DNA from: an uncultured Christensenella sp.
Lineage (GTDB): Bacteria; Bacillota; Clostridia; Christensenellales; UBA1242
Direction of reading: 5' to 3'
Length of the DNA: 52,812 nt
Assembly (NCBI GenBank): GCA_964439345.1
Contig: CAYTNS010000005.1
Span: forward strand, 1-52,812
The notes under the pieces are model-generated. The model ran no database searches, was not told where the DNA came from, and worked only from the letters and a program-made list of their open reading frames with translations. Shown in pieces: positions 19,962 through 28,887 of this stretch (the stretch's first letter is position 1; each line of letters starts with the position of its first letter). The position numbers and the translations under genes are program-made.

Positions 19962-21536
19962 TTATGTAATATTAGGGCTTAACTTTATAACAACCTCGGC
20001 TGTTGCAGTAGCATCGTGTACTGCCCTATGTGCATTTTCTAGCGACACGCCCAATTTTTTACACACAGTGCCTAGTTTAAAATTCTTAAGCCCAGGGACA
20101 AATGCCCTAGCTAGATACAAGGCATCTATCTGTCTCATATCAAAATTATAGCCCAGCTTCATTCCTGCTATATTTATAAATTTATAGTCAAAGTCAATAT
20201 TATATGCCATTATGGTAGTTCCATAGCAGAACTTATAAAAATCAGGCAAAACTTGCTTAATACTCAAGCAGTCTTTAACCATTTCGTCATTAATGCCAGT
20301 CAAATTAACTATCTCATCGGGGATATGTGTAGTAGGCTTTATAAGGGTCTCAAAAGTCTCTACTATTCTGCCACCCTTGATTTTGACAGCACCTATCTCT
20401 ATAATCTCACAAGTAAGAGCATCTAGACCGGTAGTCTCGATATCAAATACTACTACATCATTATCATATAGATACTGACCAATAGTATCTTTGATTGCAA
20501 ATAAATTATCTTGTGCAACCTCTACATAAGGTTCTGGTTTTACAAATAAATAATTTTCATTAGGTTCTTTCTTAGTCTCCACTACTGGCGCTTCTTCATT
20601 CTCCAGAGGCAATAATTCACACTCGCCTATGTATTTTGCCTTAAAATTCACCCTACCATTAAATTCTTCTGCCTGACCATTAACAATAATAGTTTTATGC
20701 TCAACCAAAATGTCTTTTACGCTCTCTAACATATCTTTTGTAGGAAAATACACACAACTCATTCTACCCGTCTCATCTTTTAGAGTAAAGGAATAATATA
20801 TCTTAGTTACAGTATTACCCTCTTTATCTTTTCTTTTTGATTCAAAAGACCTTTCATTTAAGAAAAGCAATTCTCCCACTATCTCTACATTTTCCATAGA
20901 GGTATCTACACTATCTATGGTTATTGGATTGCCATTAATTCCCTTTAATTCCTTAGAGCCCAGCATCTTTATTTTATTGTATCTAATTTTTTTAGATGCA
21001 ACCTCTTCCTCTAAAATAAATGCCTCGGCAGGAATCAAATCTTCCTCGTGGATTTCGGTTTTTAGCAAATCAATTTTCTCTAGATTAATCATTACAGGCT
21101 CAAAGAAAAATCCCTGAACATAGTCTAAAATATCACCCCTAACATCTTGACCATTTAGATAATTGTATGTAAAGGCATTACACATAATAGTAATAGCAAT
21201 CACATCACTAATTTCCACCTTTATATCGTCCTTTTTAAAGGTATCATTCAAACTAGCATTGTGCCTAGCAATGTAATTAGCAAGGACAGTTTTTACTAGG
21301 TCGTCATCAACATAAGCCTTTTTTAATTTAACGGTAACTTTAACTTCCTCGTCTAGATATTCCTTTATTAGTTTGCCTAAGATATCTCTATCGTCGTCTT
21401 TACACTCATCTTTATATAAAAATTTGAATGTACATTCTCTTTCTTTTCTATCAAAAATAACACTTACAAGTTTAAAATCCTTGTAAGTATTATTAGTTTT
21501 GCTATTAATGAATTCTAATATTTTCATTAGTATCAC
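19962..21536 (-). CDS. PolC-derived protein: PolC N-terminal domain, OB fold and DEDDh 3'-5' exonuclease; no PHP or polymerase domain
   Basis: Sits at the polC locus (rseP...rimP). OB fold IVGELL...FTLKDETG...IVNG; ExoI VFDIETTGL, IIEIGAVK; ExoII YNIDFD; ExoIII HRAVHD; protein ends right after the exonuclease. True start may be ATG 21527. Confidence 0.85.
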   Translation of the reverse strand: MILMKILEFINSKTNNTYKDFKLVSVIFDRKERECTFKFLYKDECKDDDRDILGKLIKEYLDEEVKVTVKLKKAYVDDDLVKTVLANYIARHNASLNDTFKKDDIKVEISDVIAITIMCNAFTYNYLNGQDVRGDILDYVQGFFFEPVMINLEKIDLLKTEIHEEDLIPAEAFILEEEVASKKIRYNKIKMLGSKELKGINGNPITIDSVDTSMENVEIVGELLFLNERSFESKRKDKEGNTVTKIYYSFTLKDETGRMSCVYFPTKDMLESVKDILVEHKTIIVNGQAEEFNGRVNFKAKYIGECELLPLENEEAPVVETKKEPNENYLFVKPEPYVEVAQDNLFAIKDTIGQYLYDNDVVVFDIETTGLDALTCEIIEIGAVKIKGGRIVETFETLIKPTTHIPDEIVNLTGINDEMVKDCLSIKQVLPDFYKFCYGTTIMAYNIDFDYKFINIAGMKLGYNFDMRQIDALYLARAFVPGLKNFKLGTVCKKLGVSLENAHRAVHDATATAEVVIKLSPNIT

Positions 21537-21542
21537 CCTTTT

Positions 21543-22625
21543 CTAAAATAAGAATATGTGGAGCAGGTCTATTATAATAACTAGACCAAAGAGTACAAAT
21601 AGTCCAATAGTGTGAATCTTGCCCTCAATGTCTCTAGGAACGGGCTTTCTAAATATCCATTCTATAAGGACAAATACAGCTCTAGCACCATCAAGTGCTG
21701 GGATTGGAAGTAGATTAAATACAGCCAAGTTCACAGCGATTAATGGGAATAATAGTAGCAAATTCTTCATATTTGCTTGGGCAGATGTAGCAATAGTAGA
21801 TACGGTAGTTATAGGTCCACCCACACTTTCAATTCCTAATTTACCCGTAACCAATTCACCTAGCACAACTAAACATTCCCACGCCATATTAAAGGTGTAT
21901 GGAACACATTTTAGGAGTGCCTCACCAAATCCATACTTTACATACTCGGTAGTAATGCCTATTACCTTGCCAGTAACAATAGGATTGTCTTGGTCGTCCT
22001 TTTCAATATTGCCCTCACTATCCAATTGATATTGCTGGTATTTAGTAACGGTGATATCTATAACCTCACCATCTCTATTAACGGTTAATATTATATCTTC
22101 GCCTACGTCTTTATCTTCCATTAGTTTAACAATGCCACCATTTATAAATGTTGGTTCTTTGCCGTCAACCTCTAGAATAATGTCTCCCCTCTGAATAATA
22201 TTTTCATTGCCATTTTGAGCAGTTATATCTGTAACTCTACATATTCCCGAGCCTACCGATAAAAGCAAAATGAATGTGAATATTATGCCGGAGATAAAAT
22301 TAAATGTAGCACCAGCAATCAAGACTAGTAATCTTTTCCAAGGAGCTTGAGCATTGAAATACTCTTTCTTCTCCTCCTCAGATACTTCCTTTTCCTCGTC
22401 TTCATCTTCACCCTTAAAGGCACAGAATCCACCCAAAGGAATCCATCTAAGAGAAAATACCTCACCACTCTTTAATGTTTTTTGAAATATTGGTTTACCA
22501 AAACCTATAGAATATTCCTCTATCTTGAAATGCAAAAGTTTACCTACTAAATAGTGTCCCGTCTCGTGAATCATTATCATAAGAAGTAGAACAACTATTG
22601 CAAGTAACACATATAAAATAATCAT
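21543..22625 (-). CDS. rseP: RIP metalloprotease RseP (M50, PDZ)
   Basis: HETGH, IPLGGF, AG..FN, NLLPIPALDG. Confidence 0.95.
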   Translation of the reverse strand: MIILYVLLAIVVLLLMIMIHETGHYLVGKLLHFKIEEYSIGFGKPIFQKTLKSGEVFSLRWIPLGGFCAFKGEDEDEEKEVSEEEKKEYFNAQAPWKRLLVLIAGATFNFISGIIFTFILLLSVGSGICRVTDITAQNGNENIIQRGDIILEVDGKEPTFINGGIVKLMEDKDVGEDIILTVNRDGEVIDITVTKYQQYQLDSEGNIEKDDQDNPIVTGKVIGITTEYVKYGFGEALLKCVPYTFNMAWECLVVLGELVTGKLGIESVGGPITTVSTIATSAQANMKNLLLLFPLIAVNLAVFNLLPIPALDGARAVFVLIEWIFRKPVPRDIEGKIHTIGLFVLFGLVIIIDLLHIFLF

Positions 22626-22658
22626 AAAAAATTCTCCATCTCTCTATAAAAGAACGCA

Positions 22659-23606
22659 CTAAATCAATATAAACATACTAACTAGTACTGTAAATGCACT
22701 AAAGATAAGTCCATCTACCCTATCCATTACTCCACCATGACCTGGGAATAATGAGCCATAATCTTTAACTCTAGCCGACCTTTTTAACCAACTAGCTATT
22801 AAATCACCACATTGAGTGATAATAGAACAAATCATTCCGATAATTAAGAATGTCCAAATACTTAGACCCAATGTTTCCATTGCGCTATGAAATACACTAT
22901 TCAATGAGAATAGAAAATATACCAAAACACTAGAAGCTGAACCAAATACAAATCCACCAACTGCACCAGCAATAGTCTTATTTGGACTAATATGAGGGGC
23001 TAATTTAGGGCCTCCGATTAACATACCTACTACTAGAGCAAAGGTATCGGTCATCATAGTAACAACAAATGTAAATGTCATAAAGAATACAACAAGTAAA
23101 TCGATATTTTCCAAATTAGTTGTATCTATAAAAGCAAATTCAAAGAAGTGATTTATCACAAAAAGTGAGCAGAACAAAAGTAATGGATAAATCATCACAA
23201 AGGTAGAATTCATAGATTTTTGGAAAGCGTAAGTCTGATTATCTACGAATACTCCGTATTTATCTTTTTCCTTTTCTGTAGTTCCCTTGCAACATATTGT
23301 AACTAGGAAATTGATTAGGAATAAAGCCAAAATAATAACTAAGAAATATAGTAGATAATGATACCACTCTGATTTATTAATAATGCCTATTTCCATAGCA
23401 ATATACATTATTGGTGGGAATGACCCAATAAAGGCAATGCTAGTAAACATTCTTTTCCTTTCTAATACTCTAGCGACCTCTACACAGCCAACTATGGCTA
23501 GTAATCCTATAAACAAATCCATTGCGTATGGTGTAACTAGTCTAGATGCAATAAAGAGAGCCTCAACTAAAAGTATAATAACGCCAGTAATTATTCTCTT
23601 TTTCAT
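22659..23606 (-). CDS. cdsA: Phosphatidate cytidylyltransferase
   Basis: DTFA, ISPNKT..G, GDLIAS..KR...VKDYG..FPGHGG..DRVD. Confidence 0.95.
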   Translation of the reverse strand: MKKRIITGVIILLVEALFIASRLVTPYAMDLFIGLLAIVGCVEVARVLERKRMFTSIAFIGSFPPIMYIAMEIGIINKSEWYHYLLYFLVIILALFLINFLVTICCKGTTEKEKDKYGVFVDNQTYAFQKSMNSTFVMIYPLLLFCSLFVINHFFEFAFIDTTNLENIDLLVVFFMTFTFVVTMMTDTFALVVGMLIGGPKLAPHISPNKTIAGAVGGFVFGSASSVLVYFLFSLNSVFHSAMETLGLSIWTFLIIGMICSIITQCGDLIASWLKRSARVKDYGSLFPGHGGVMDRVDGLIFSAFTVLVSMFILI

Positions 23607-23618
23607 CTATTAACCCCA

Positions 23619-24188
23619 CTAAACTTCCATTATTTCTTTTTCTTTATTTGCACTGATTTTATCAATATTTGCAATTGTATCATCTAGATATTTTTGAACA
23701 TCTTTCTCTAGATTAGCATAATCATCTTCACTGATTTCGCTATTTTTCTTCATCTTTTTGAATACATCTAGAATATCTCTTCTAGCATTTCTACATACAA
23801 CTTTAGCAGACTCGGTGTATTTATTTACATCTTTTGCAAGTTCTCTTCTTCTCTCCTCAGTAAGTTGTGGGAATACTAGTCTAATAACCTTGCCATCATC
23901 ACTAGGGTTAAGCCCTAAATTTGCAGCCTCGATAGCCTTAGCAACAGTCTTTAACATAGAATTATCCCATAAGTTAACTAGTATCATTCTAGCCTCTGGA
24001 ACAGATATAGTAGCCATTTGACTAATAGGAGTCATAGTACCATAATAATCTACCATAATTCTCTCTATAATCTTTGGATTAGCTCTACCAGCTCTAATTT
24101 GCATTAATTCATCGCTATGATGATTAAGTGCCTTTTTTAAATCATCTCTGTATTCTTCTAAATACATTTCAATTTCTTCAGTATACAT
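23619..24188 (-). CDS. frr: Ribosome recycling factor
   Basis: IRAGRANP, VDYYG, LGLNPSDDG, P.LTEERR, RNARRD. Confidence 0.97.
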   Translation of the reverse strand: MYTEEIEMYLEEYRDDLKKALNHHSDELMQIRAGRANPKIIERIMVDYYGTMTPISQMATISVPEARMILVNLWDNSMLKTVAKAIEAANLGLNPSDDGKVIRLVFPQLTEERRRELAKDVNKYTESAKVVCRNARRDILDVFKKMKKNSEISEDDYANLEKDVQKYLDDTIANIDKISANKEKEIMEV

Positions 24189-24345
24189 AAGTAACCACCT
24201 TAATAAAAATTCTATCCTATTTTACTATAAAATACCCATTTTAGGCAAACATTTAAGCAAATAATAAAATAATATTGTAAAAAGTTTTACATAAAAAGAA
24301 AAAGTTCGATTGTTAACCAACCGAACTTAAGAATAATTAAATTAA

Positions 24346-24990
24346 TTATTTCATTTGAGAAGCAACTTCGTCTGCGAAATTGTCATTTCTCTTCTCTAAG
24401 CCCTCACCCATCTCATATCTAGTGAATCTTCTGATAGAAATCTTTTCACCGATAGTAAGGATAGCTTCGTTAACGACATCAGAGATTTTCTTTGATGGGT
24501 CTTTTACGAATGGTTGCTCTAGTAAGCAAACTTCCTCGTAGAACTTCTTGATTCTACCTTCAATCATTTTATCAACGATAGCAGCAGGTTTACCCTCGTT
24601 AAGTGCTTGAGCCTTTAAAATCTCTTTCTCGTGCTCTAGTACATCAGCAGGAACTTCTGCAGTAGTAACATAGCTAGGTTTAGCTGCTGCAATGTGTAAT
24701 GCAACATCTTTACATAATGCTACGAAATTGTCACTTCTAGAAACGAAGTCTGTCTCACAGTTAATCTCTACAAGGACACCAATCTTACCACCCATATGAA
24801 TGTAAGAATATACTAGACCCTCAGCAGCAATTCTATCTGCCTTTTTAGCAGCCTTAGCGATACCCTTTTCTCTTAACCATTCAGTAGCCTTATCTAGGTC
24901 ACCATTAGTCTCGGTTAAAGCATTTTTACAGTCCATCATACCTGCATTAGTTCTTTTTCTTAATTTTACAATATCTTCAGTTGTGAACAT
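24346..24990 (-). CDS. tsf: Elongation factor Ts (short form)
   Basis: [32 protein letters not shown]. Confidence 0.97.
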   Translation of the reverse strand: MFTTEDIVKLRKRTNAGMMDCKNALTETNGDLDKATEWLREKGIAKAAKKADRIAAEGLVYSYIHMGGKIGVLVEINCETDFVSRSDNFVALCKDVALHIAAAKPSYVTTAEVPADVLEHEKEILKAQALNEGKPAAIVDKMIEGRIKKFYEEVCLLEQPFVKDPSKKISDVVNEAILTIGEKISIRRFTRYEMGEGLEKRNDNFADEVASQMK

Positions 24991-25019
24991 ACTATTTACT
25001 CCTTTAATTTTAAATAAAA

Positions 25020-25781
25020 TTACTCTTCTGTAGTCTCAGCAGCTTCAGCCTCTACTACCTCTTCAGTAGCCTCAGTAGCCTCTTCCTCAACAGGAGCAGT
25101 ACCCTCTTTAGCCTCTAGAACAGCATTAGCCATAGCACCAGCGATTAGAGATACGGCTCTGATAGCGTCATCGTTACCAGGGATTACATAGTCAACTGGC
25201 TCTGGGTCGCAGTTTGTATCAAGAAGTGCAACGATAGGTATATTAAGAGCTTTTGCCTCAGCAACAGCGATATGCTCTTTCTTTGTGTCTACGATAAATA
25301 GAACATCAGGAAGTTTAGTCATATCCTTGATACCACCAAGGTTCTTCTCTAGTTTATCTCTCTCAGCCTTAAGTTTGATAACCTCTTTCTTAGGAAGAAG
25401 ATTGAATTCACCAACTTTCTCCATATTATTTAATTTGTTTAATCTCTCAATTCTGCTTCTGATAGTTTTGAAGTTAGTTAGAGTACCACCCAACCATCTA
25501 GAATTGATGTAGAACATTCCACATCTCTTAGCTTCGTCTTCGATAGCCTTTTGAGCTTGTTTCTTTGTACCTACAAATAGAATTGTTTTGCCTTGACTAG
25601 CCATCTCCTTGATGTAATCATAAGCTTTGTCGATAAGAACGACTGTATCCTCAAGGTTGATGATATGAATATCATTTCTAGCATTGAAGATGTACTTACC
25701 CATCTTAGGGTTCCACTTTCTAGTCTGGTGACCGAAGTGAACACCAGCCTCAAGCAATTGTTTCATTGAAATAACTGACAT
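25020..25781 (-). CDS. rpsB: 30S ribosomal protein S2
   Basis: [29 protein letters not shown]. Confidence 0.99.
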   Translation of the reverse strand: MSVISMKQLLEAGVHFGHQTRKWNPKMGKYIFNARNDIHIINLEDTVVLIDKAYDYIKEMASQGKTILFVGTKKQAQKAIEDEAKRCGMFYINSRWLGGTLTNFKTIRSRIERLNKLNNMEKVGEFNLLPKKEVIKLKAERDKLEKNLGGIKDMTKLPDVLFIVDTKKEHIAVAEAKALNIPIVALLDTNCDPEPVDYVIPGNDDAIRAVSLIAGAMANAVLEAKEGTAPVEEEATEATEEVVEAEAAETTEE

Positions 25782-25789
25782 AATTTTCC

Positions 25790-25960
25790 TCCTTGTTTTT
25801 GCCTCCTAAATGCTTTTACTCTAGTAACCAGCTTTTCGCCAACAATTACCAAATCACCACCCAATATAGAGTTTTTTTGGACAATGTTCTATCGCAATTA
25901 GGCATTAAAATTTTACCTAAAAACTATAGAATGCACTTAGTGTGTAATTATTCAACGGGA
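25790..25960 (-). promoter_or_regulatory. rpsB (S2) autoregulatory leader
   Basis: Long leader with ACACAC near the 5' end and an extra GGAGG before the true RBS, as in Firmicute rpsB leaders. Confidence 0.55.
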
Positions 25961-26064
25961 TAATAATATCATAAAATAATAAAATAATCAATAATTTTGG
26001 CAAATGTTTATCAAAAAAATAAAAAAATGCCACCAAAAAAGTGACATTTTATAAGTAAAATAAA

Positions 26065-26382
26065 TTACTCTACATCTATTCCTTCGTCTTTAAGCATCTT
26101 GTAGTACTCTTCGAATACCTTATCAACGATAGCATCTTCCTCTACGATTACTAGGCAATCCTCGTCATCGATTTCCTCGATTCCGAATACTAATGCCTCG
26201 TCATCAGCAACTCCGTCCATAGTTTGAACAGGTTTAAGGATAGCATATACTTTTTCCTCGATAGGAACTAGTGCTATCTGCTCAAATTCTACTTCTTCGT
26301 TCTCCTCGTTAAATAATTTGATATTGTCAGTATTATTTTCATCTAACAACATATCAATAGGTGATAAAAATTCCTCTGCCAT
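26065..26382 (-). CDS. DUF1292 (YrzB-like) acidic protein
   Basis: I.L.NEENEEVEF...Y.IL.P, very acidic; follows ruvX. Confidence 0.85.
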   Translation of the reverse strand: MAEEFLSPIDMLLDENNTDNIKLFNEENEEVEFEQIALVPIEEKVYAILKPVQTMDGVADDEALVFGIEEIDDEDCLVIVEEDAIVDKVFEEYYKMLKDEGIDVE

Positions 26383-26406
26383 TATAATATTTCTCCCTTT
26401 ATAATT

Positions 26407-26841
26407 TTAATTTTTCCCATAATGTGAATCTAGGTAATCCTGCAAAATGATAGTAGCAGAAAGCTTATCTAATACTTCCTTTCGCTTTTTCCTAGAAACA
26501 TCAGCTGAAATTAGGATTTTTTCTGCTGAAACTGATGTAAGTCGTTCATCTAAGTACTCAATCTTTGCATCAGTATATTTGGATAAAACTGAGGCAAATT
26601 CATAAGTCTTTTCGACCCTATCACCACTAGAACCGTCCATATTAAGAGGTAAGCCCAATACAACCACTTTAACATTATTATTTTTGATGATATCTGCTAT
26701 ATGCTCACAATCCACGTCCACGCCTTTCCTAGTATAATTCTCATAGCCCGTAGCTAAAAACCTAGTTACATCACTAAGTGCTATACCAATCCTTACATCT
26801 CCATAATCGAGAGCCATTACTCTATAATATGTACTTTCCAT
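26407..26841 (-). CDS. ruvX: RuvX/YqgF pre-16S rRNA nuclease
   Basis: ALDYGDVRIGIALSD, GLPLNMDG, DERLTS, DKLSATIILQDYL. Confidence 0.96.
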   Translation of the reverse strand: MESTYYRVMALDYGDVRIGIALSDVTRFLATGYENYTRKGVDVDCEHIADIIKNNNVKVVVLGLPLNMDGSSGDRVEKTYEFASVLSKYTDAKIEYLDERLTSVSAEKILISADVSRKKRKEVLDKLSATIILQDYLDSHYGKN

Positions 26842-26925
26842 ACAAGTATCTTACCATATATTTTGGTTTTTTCAAAGTCAATTTCACAAAGAAAATATAA
26901 ATTTGACAGAATTTTCCAAAGTTTT

Positions 26926-27066
26926 TTAATCCATAATCTCTTTCACTTTATTTTTAACGGCCTTCTTCCCCTTTTCCACAACTTTCTGTGCTTGGGAATT
27001 ATTAGAAACCAGCAAAGCCCCTGCAATAAAGCCTAAAGCCATACCTATCATAACACAGTCTTTCAT
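26926..27066 (-). CDS. 46-aa YtxH-like small membrane protein
   Basis: Below the ORF-track cutoff. RBS AGGAGG; MKDCVMIGMALGFIAGALLVSNNSQAQKVVEKGKKAVKNKVKEIMD. Confidence 0.8.
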   Translation of the reverse strand: MKDCVMIGMALGFIAGALLVSNNSQAQKVVEKGKKAVKNKVKEIMD

Positions 27067-27148
27067 AATAACCTCCTACTATTGTATACCCTTATTTTGC
27101 CTAAAATAACCGATTTTATTACTCTACCTAAGATACAATATTTGGAAA

Positions 27149-27188
27149 TAAAAAACACTAAAAGAAAATTCCCTCTTTTAGCGTTTTT
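27149..27188 (-). terminator. Intrinsic terminator after the IscU-like gene
   Basis: AAAAACGCTAAAAGA...TCTTTTAGTGTTTTT. Confidence 0.65.
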
Positions 27189-27196
27189 AATAATCA

Positions 27197-28879
27197 TTAT
27201 TTTTTAAATAACTTACTGAAAAGCCCTCTTTTCTTAGGCTTCTCTTCACTATCTTCTTTATTTTCAATTGAAGGCAAAGCCTTAGATTCTTTCTCTAGTC
27301 TCATCTTTTGCAAACTGTCTCTCATAGAAGAAAAACTATCACTTTTTGATACACTATCTACCACCTTGCCATTAACTGTTTTCTTTGCATTTACGGCAGT
27401 GTGTCCCTCAATATCTTTTACCCTTGCTTGAGAAGTTTGCAATCTATGTAGCATATCTCCCATACTAGTAGCAGAATGAATTTGCTTATATGCCTCGTCA
27501 CCCTCGGCACTTACTTTCATTGCATTTACTCTTCCAGCCTCGATTGTAGTAGTATTTCCATTAGCAACTACAGTCTCCACTCTTCTCTTTTGCTCGACTG
27601 TTTCAACTATGATTTGAGTATTATTTTCACTAGGAACTTCGTCCGAAATAACTATACTTTCATCTTCATTTATTCTAGCCAAATCAAGCGATTTTTTAGA
27701 TGTTTGCATAGCAGAAGATGTAGTTTCCTTTTGAGCTCTAGCCTTGCTAGATGCCACCTTTTTGTTATCTTCTATTACTACAATATCGTCTTTTGCACTT
27801 GCAATCTTTTTAGTTGCACCCTTTGTTCCAGTTGCTTTGCTAGATGCTGACTTAGTAGCACTAGAGGTAGATTTTACCGATGCAGATTTTGAACTAGTAG
27901 CTTTTTTGCTAGTAGCACTTGCGACCTCAATGGTTTGAGTCTTTGTACTCTTTGTGATGGCACTTGCACTCTCGGCAGTAACTTTAGTGGAACTCTTTTT
28001 AGCACTAGCACTTGAAGTTGCAGACTTAGTAGCCCTACCAGTAGCACCTTTAGCCTTACTTGAGCTATTAATCTTACTGGTTGCTTTTTCTTCCATCTTC
28101 TTTTCAGCCACGATAGTAGCAGTACTAGTAGCCTTTTTACTTAGTGAATTAGAAGATGTTTTGGCTTTTTTATCGGCAAGTTTTTGCTCTTTAGCCAATT
28201 TTTTCTCTTCTTTCTGTCTTGCTTTTTCTTCCAATTTTAGTTGTTTTTTCTCTTCCCTACTTAATTGAATTTCATTTCTCTTGCTATCTAATGAAATCAA
28301 TTCACTTTCAGTTTTTCTAATTTCCCTAGTTATAGAAGAAACCCTACTAGCTATAATATTCTCCTCGGTCATTACGGACTTTTTAGAAATAGACTTTTGG
28401 GACAACATATCACTATTTGTAGTTACAATAGATTTTTTGCTACTAGCCTTAACTACACTTTTACTCTCTTTCTTTGTAACTTTGCTTACCTCACAAGGTT
28501 TTACCTTTCCATCAGCTAGTGCCTTTCTATATTTTTTTACAAGTAAAGCAAATGTGCCTAAAATAAGTGGGTAAATATGATGCTTACTCTCGTCTAATTT
28601 TGCAAAAGCAACCAAATCATTCTCACTAATTTTAAGCGCTTCGTCTATAGTCTTGCCCTCAGCAAGTTCACAAAAGTATGAACTAAGTGCAACGAAATAT
28701 GTACAGCCAGTTGCCTTGAATGTTATAGCCTCAATAACATTGTTTTTATTGATTTGTGCATAGAATTTAACTATATCACCATAAGGATTTTTCTTAGTAA
28801 TAGCAGAAGCATTACTATTTTTTAAAGTAGATAAATATGTTAAATTTTCTATCCTATCCCTAATAATTTGATTATACAT
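27197..28879 (-). CDS. Degenerate IscU/NifU-N domain fused to a long Lys/Ser/Ala/Thr-rich tail
   Basis: N-terminus MYNQII...NPYGDIVKF...FKATGC...ELAEGKTIDEAL matches IscU; directly downstream of iscS; then ~430 aa of low-complexity sequence ending KKRGLFSKLFKK. Confidence 0.8.
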   Translation of the reverse strand: MYNQIIRDRIENLTYLSTLKNSNASAITKKNPYGDIVKFYAQINKNNVIEAITFKATGCTYFVALSSYFCELAEGKTIDEALKISENDLVAFAKLDESKHHIYPLILGTFALLVKKYRKALADGKVKPCEVSKVTKKESKSVVKASSKKSIVTTNSDMLSQKSISKKSVMTEENIIASRVSSITREIRKTESELISLDSKRNEIQLSREEKKQLKLEEKARQKEEKKLAKEQKLADKKAKTSSNSLSKKATSTATIVAEKKMEEKATSKINSSSKAKGATGRATKSATSSASAKKSSTKVTAESASAITKSTKTQTIEVASATSKKATSSKSASVKSTSSATKSASSKATGTKGATKKIASAKDDIVVIEDNKKVASSKARAQKETTSSAMQTSKKSLDLARINEDESIVISDEVPSENNTQIIVETVEQKRRVETVVANGNTTTIEAGRVNAMKVSAEGDEAYKQIHSATSMGDMLHRLQTSQARVKDIEGHTAVNAKKTVNGKVVDSVSKSDSFSSMRDSLQKMRLEKESKALPSIENKEDSEEKPKKRGLFSKLFKK

Positions 28880-28887
28880 AAATAGTG

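Noticed and set aside
24346-24990. Short 214-aa EF-Ts as a possible truncation
   Set aside because: The short EF-Ts form is a known natural class and all key motifs are present
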